Assembly: GCA_963703345.1 (NCBI GenBank)
Contig: OY969814.1
Location: forward strand, 1,280,001-1,344,000
Direction of reading: 5' to 3'
Origin: an uncultured Chloroflexia bacterium
Lineage (GTDB): Bacteria; Chloroflexota; Dehalococcoidia; DSTF01; JALHUB01
DNA length: 64,000 nt
Shown here: positions 62,082-64,000 of the stretch, one piece after another
Layout of the letters: each line of letters starts with the position of its first letter
Numbering within the stretch: position 1 is the stretch's first letter
The notes under the pieces: generated by a model
The model's database searches: none
The model's input: the letters and a program-made list of their open reading frames with translations, nothing else
Told to the model about the DNA's origin: nothing
Program-made: the position numbers and the translations under genes

Positions 62082-62654
62082 CTATGGTTGCTGGCGGTTG
62101 ATGAGAGTGAGGAACTCCTGCCGGGTCGTCGCATTGTCGCGAAAGCTGCCGAGCAACGACGACGTCGTCATCACCGCGCTCTGCTTCTCGATGCCGCGCA
62201 TCATCATGCAGAGGTGCTGCGCCTCGATGAGGACGCCCACGCCGACGGGGTCGATGGCGTCCATGATCGCGCGCGAAATCTGCTCCGTCAGCCGCTCCTG
62301 AAGCTGGAGCCGCCGCGCGAAGACGTCGACGAGTCGGGCCAGCTTGCTGACGCCGAACACGCGGCCGCTTGGCAGGTAGCCGATGTGGCAGCGGCCGAAA
62401 AACGGCAGCATGTGGTGCTCGCAAAGGCTGTAGAATTCGATGTCGCGCAGGATGACCATGCTGGTCGTCTCTTGCGCGAAGCAGGCGCCGTTGATCAGCG
62501 CGTCGATATCTACGTTGTAGCCGGAGGTGAGGAAAGCAAGCGATGCGGCTACCCGGCGCGGGCTGCGAGCGAGCCCCTCGCGCTGCGGGTCCTCGCCCAG
62601 CTCTACCAATAGCTGCCGGACGAGCCCTTCGATCCTGTCGTTTCTAGCGTCCAT
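62082..62654 (-). CDS. folE: GTP cyclohydrolase I
   Basis: SLCEHHMLPFFG, SKLAR, QLQERLT, HLCMMMRG. Confidence 0.97.
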   Translation of the reverse strand: MDARNDRIEGLVRQLLVELGEDPQREGLARSPRRVAASLAFLTSGYNVDIDALINGACFAQETTSMVILRDIEFYSLCEHHMLPFFGRCHIGYLPSGRVFGVSKLARLVDVFARRLQLQERLTEQISRAIMDAIDPVGVGVLIEAQHLCMMMRGIEKQSAVMTTSSLLGSFRDNATTRQEFLTLINRQQP

Positions 62655-63162
62655 CTGCGACCTCTCTTCTCAGCGCCGAGGTGTACTCTTCGAGGGGGCG
62701 CATGCCCTCTTGAGGTAGTCTCAGCGCCAGCTCCGCCATCGTCTCGTTCCGCCTGGGCAGCGACAGGTCCGGCGCCAGCTCGGCAAGCGCGACCGCAAGA
62801 TACCCGCGGTCCGCGATTTCCGGGTCGGGAAGCGTCAGCTCTTGCGACTGCGTGGCCAGGTCGTCGTAGAGCAGGAGATCGAGGTCGATGGGGCGCGGCG
62901 CGAACTTGTCCTCGCTGCGGCGGCGGCCCAGGCGCTCCTCTATCGCCCGCAAGCTGCGCTTGAGCCCCAGCGCCGGCATCTCCGTCTCCGCTTCGACGAC
63001 GCAGTTGTAGTAGCGCGGCTGCCCCGGGCGCGCCTCGGGCTCCGTCTCATAGACAGTCGAGACCGCGACCACCCGCATCTCCCCTGACATCGCTCGCAGC
63101 GCCTTCCGCACGTTCGCCGCCGGGTCGATGTTCGATCCCACCCCAATGAACGCGCGCGTCAC
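62644..63162 (-). CDS. folK: HPPK
   Basis: GVGSNI, YETEP, PRPIDLDLL. Confidence 0.95.
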   Translation of the reverse strand: MTRAFIGVGSNIDPAANVRKALRAMSGEMRVVAVSTVYETEPEARPGQPRYYNCVVEAETEMPALGLKRSLRAIEERLGRRRSEDKFAPRPIDLDLLLYDDLATQSQELTLPDPEIADRGYLAVALAELAPDLSLPRRNETMAELALRLPQEGMRPLEEYTSALRREVADGR

Positions 63163-63518
63163 GGCCCCGTGCGCCCCCGCTCGATCTCCACCGCGACGCT
63201 TCGAGCGAAGCGAAGCGCGCCGGGCTTGTCGACGCGCACCCGCACGCCGGCGACGCCGCGGTGCTTCAGGCAGACGGCGGCAATCGCCTCCGCCAGCGCC
63301 TCCAGGAGAAAGTAGTGCGAGAACTCGACCAGGTCGACGACGTCGCTGCGCACGGCGCGGTAGTCGAGGGCGTCCTCCAGGCTATCGTTGTGGGCGGCGG
63401 CGCTGATGTCTGTGAAGAGCGTCAGGTTGATCACGATGTCCTGCTTCTCTTCGCGCTCGTCCTCGTTGACGCCGATGATGCAGCGGGCGGCGAGGTCACT
63501 GATCAGGACGCGGTCCAC
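63159..63518 (-). CDS. folB: Dihydroneopterin aldolase
   Basis: IIGVNEDER, LDY, LLEALA, KPGA. Confidence 0.95.
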   Translation of the reverse strand: MDRVLISDLAARCIIGVNEDEREEKQDIVINLTLFTDISAAAHNDSLEDALDYRAVRSDVVDLVEFSHYFLLEALAEAIAAVCLKHRGVAGVRVRVDKPGALRFARSVAVEIERGRTGP

Positions 63519-64000
63519 TCTCGTACTCCTTGAGGTGCCGGCCGCCGTCGACGTTGATTATCTCGCCGGTCACGAAGTCGCTCTTCAGCAGGTAGATGAC
63601 CGCTTCGGCGATGTCCTCGGGCGAGCCGTGGCGCCTGAGGGGCACGGTGTTCGTCAGGCGGTCGATGTAGCTTTCGTCTTCTCCCGGCGGCGGCAGGATG
63701 AGGCCGGGCGACACACCGTTGACCGTTATGTCCGGCGCGAAGCGGAGGGCGGTGACGCGCGTCAGCACTAGGAGGACGTGCTTGCTCAGGATGTAGGCGA
63801 CGTGCGTCCAGTCGAAGTCGTGCGTACGGGAGTCGACGAGATTGACGATCTTGCCGCGGCCGGCCAGGCGGGCGAAGTCGCGGCTGAGCGTGAAGGGCGC
63901 CCAGGCGTTCACCTGCATGTTCTGCATCAGGCTTTCGAACGTGACCTTCGTCAGAGAATCGTGAGTGAAGAGCGAGGCGTTGTTGACGAGGATGTCGAGC
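63496..64000 (-). CDS. Pteridine reductase-like SDR (FolM-type), 5' end outside the window
   Basis: LDILVNNASLF, YILSK, VDGGRHL; heads the fol cluster. Confidence 0.85.
   Translation of the reverse strand, partial: LDILVNNASLFTHDSLTKVTFESLMQNMQVNAWAPFTLSRDFARLAGRGKIVNLVDSRTHDFDWTHVAYILSKHVLLVLTRVTALRFAPDITVNGVSPGLILPPPGEDESYIDRLTNTVPLRRHGSPEDIAEAVIYLLKSDFVTGEIINVDGGRHLKEYESGPRPDQ

Overview
GC-rich bacterial chromosomal window. Gene content (Zn-finger orphans, TSP3/dockerin-type surface protein, pyrR-led operon) suggests Chloroflexota, probably Dehalococcoidia-like; this is an inference. The left half (1-33.4 kb) is accessory and full of gene remnants. It holds oxidoreductases, a 1058-aa secreted protein, PAS kinases and an RND transporter. 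It also holds a SARP-associated cluster (HTH, Zn-ribbon, two YggT-like proteins, two copies of an unannotated 27-aa membrane peptide, a DUF3494 surface protein) and a decayed island between a half tRNA-Gly and tRNA-Pro. The right half is largely core: pyrRBC-carAB-pyrK...pyrD with a PyrR attenuator and four clustered frameshifts, Mrp, an MMPL transporter, Fur plus a Ni/Co ECF transporter, a divergent PEP carboxykinase, deacetylases and folate genes. Top observations: (1) a ferredoxin:thioredoxin reductase-like gene whose CHC motif reads C-H-UGA followed by a SECIS-like hairpin, probably a selenoprotein; (2) the SARP-linked microprotein/YggT/DUF3494 cluster with 11-bp-phased CGTTC boxes; (3) an Rrf2 5' end and promoter fused to a secreted beta-helix gene. 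All family calls come from motif recognition by eye; no searches were run.
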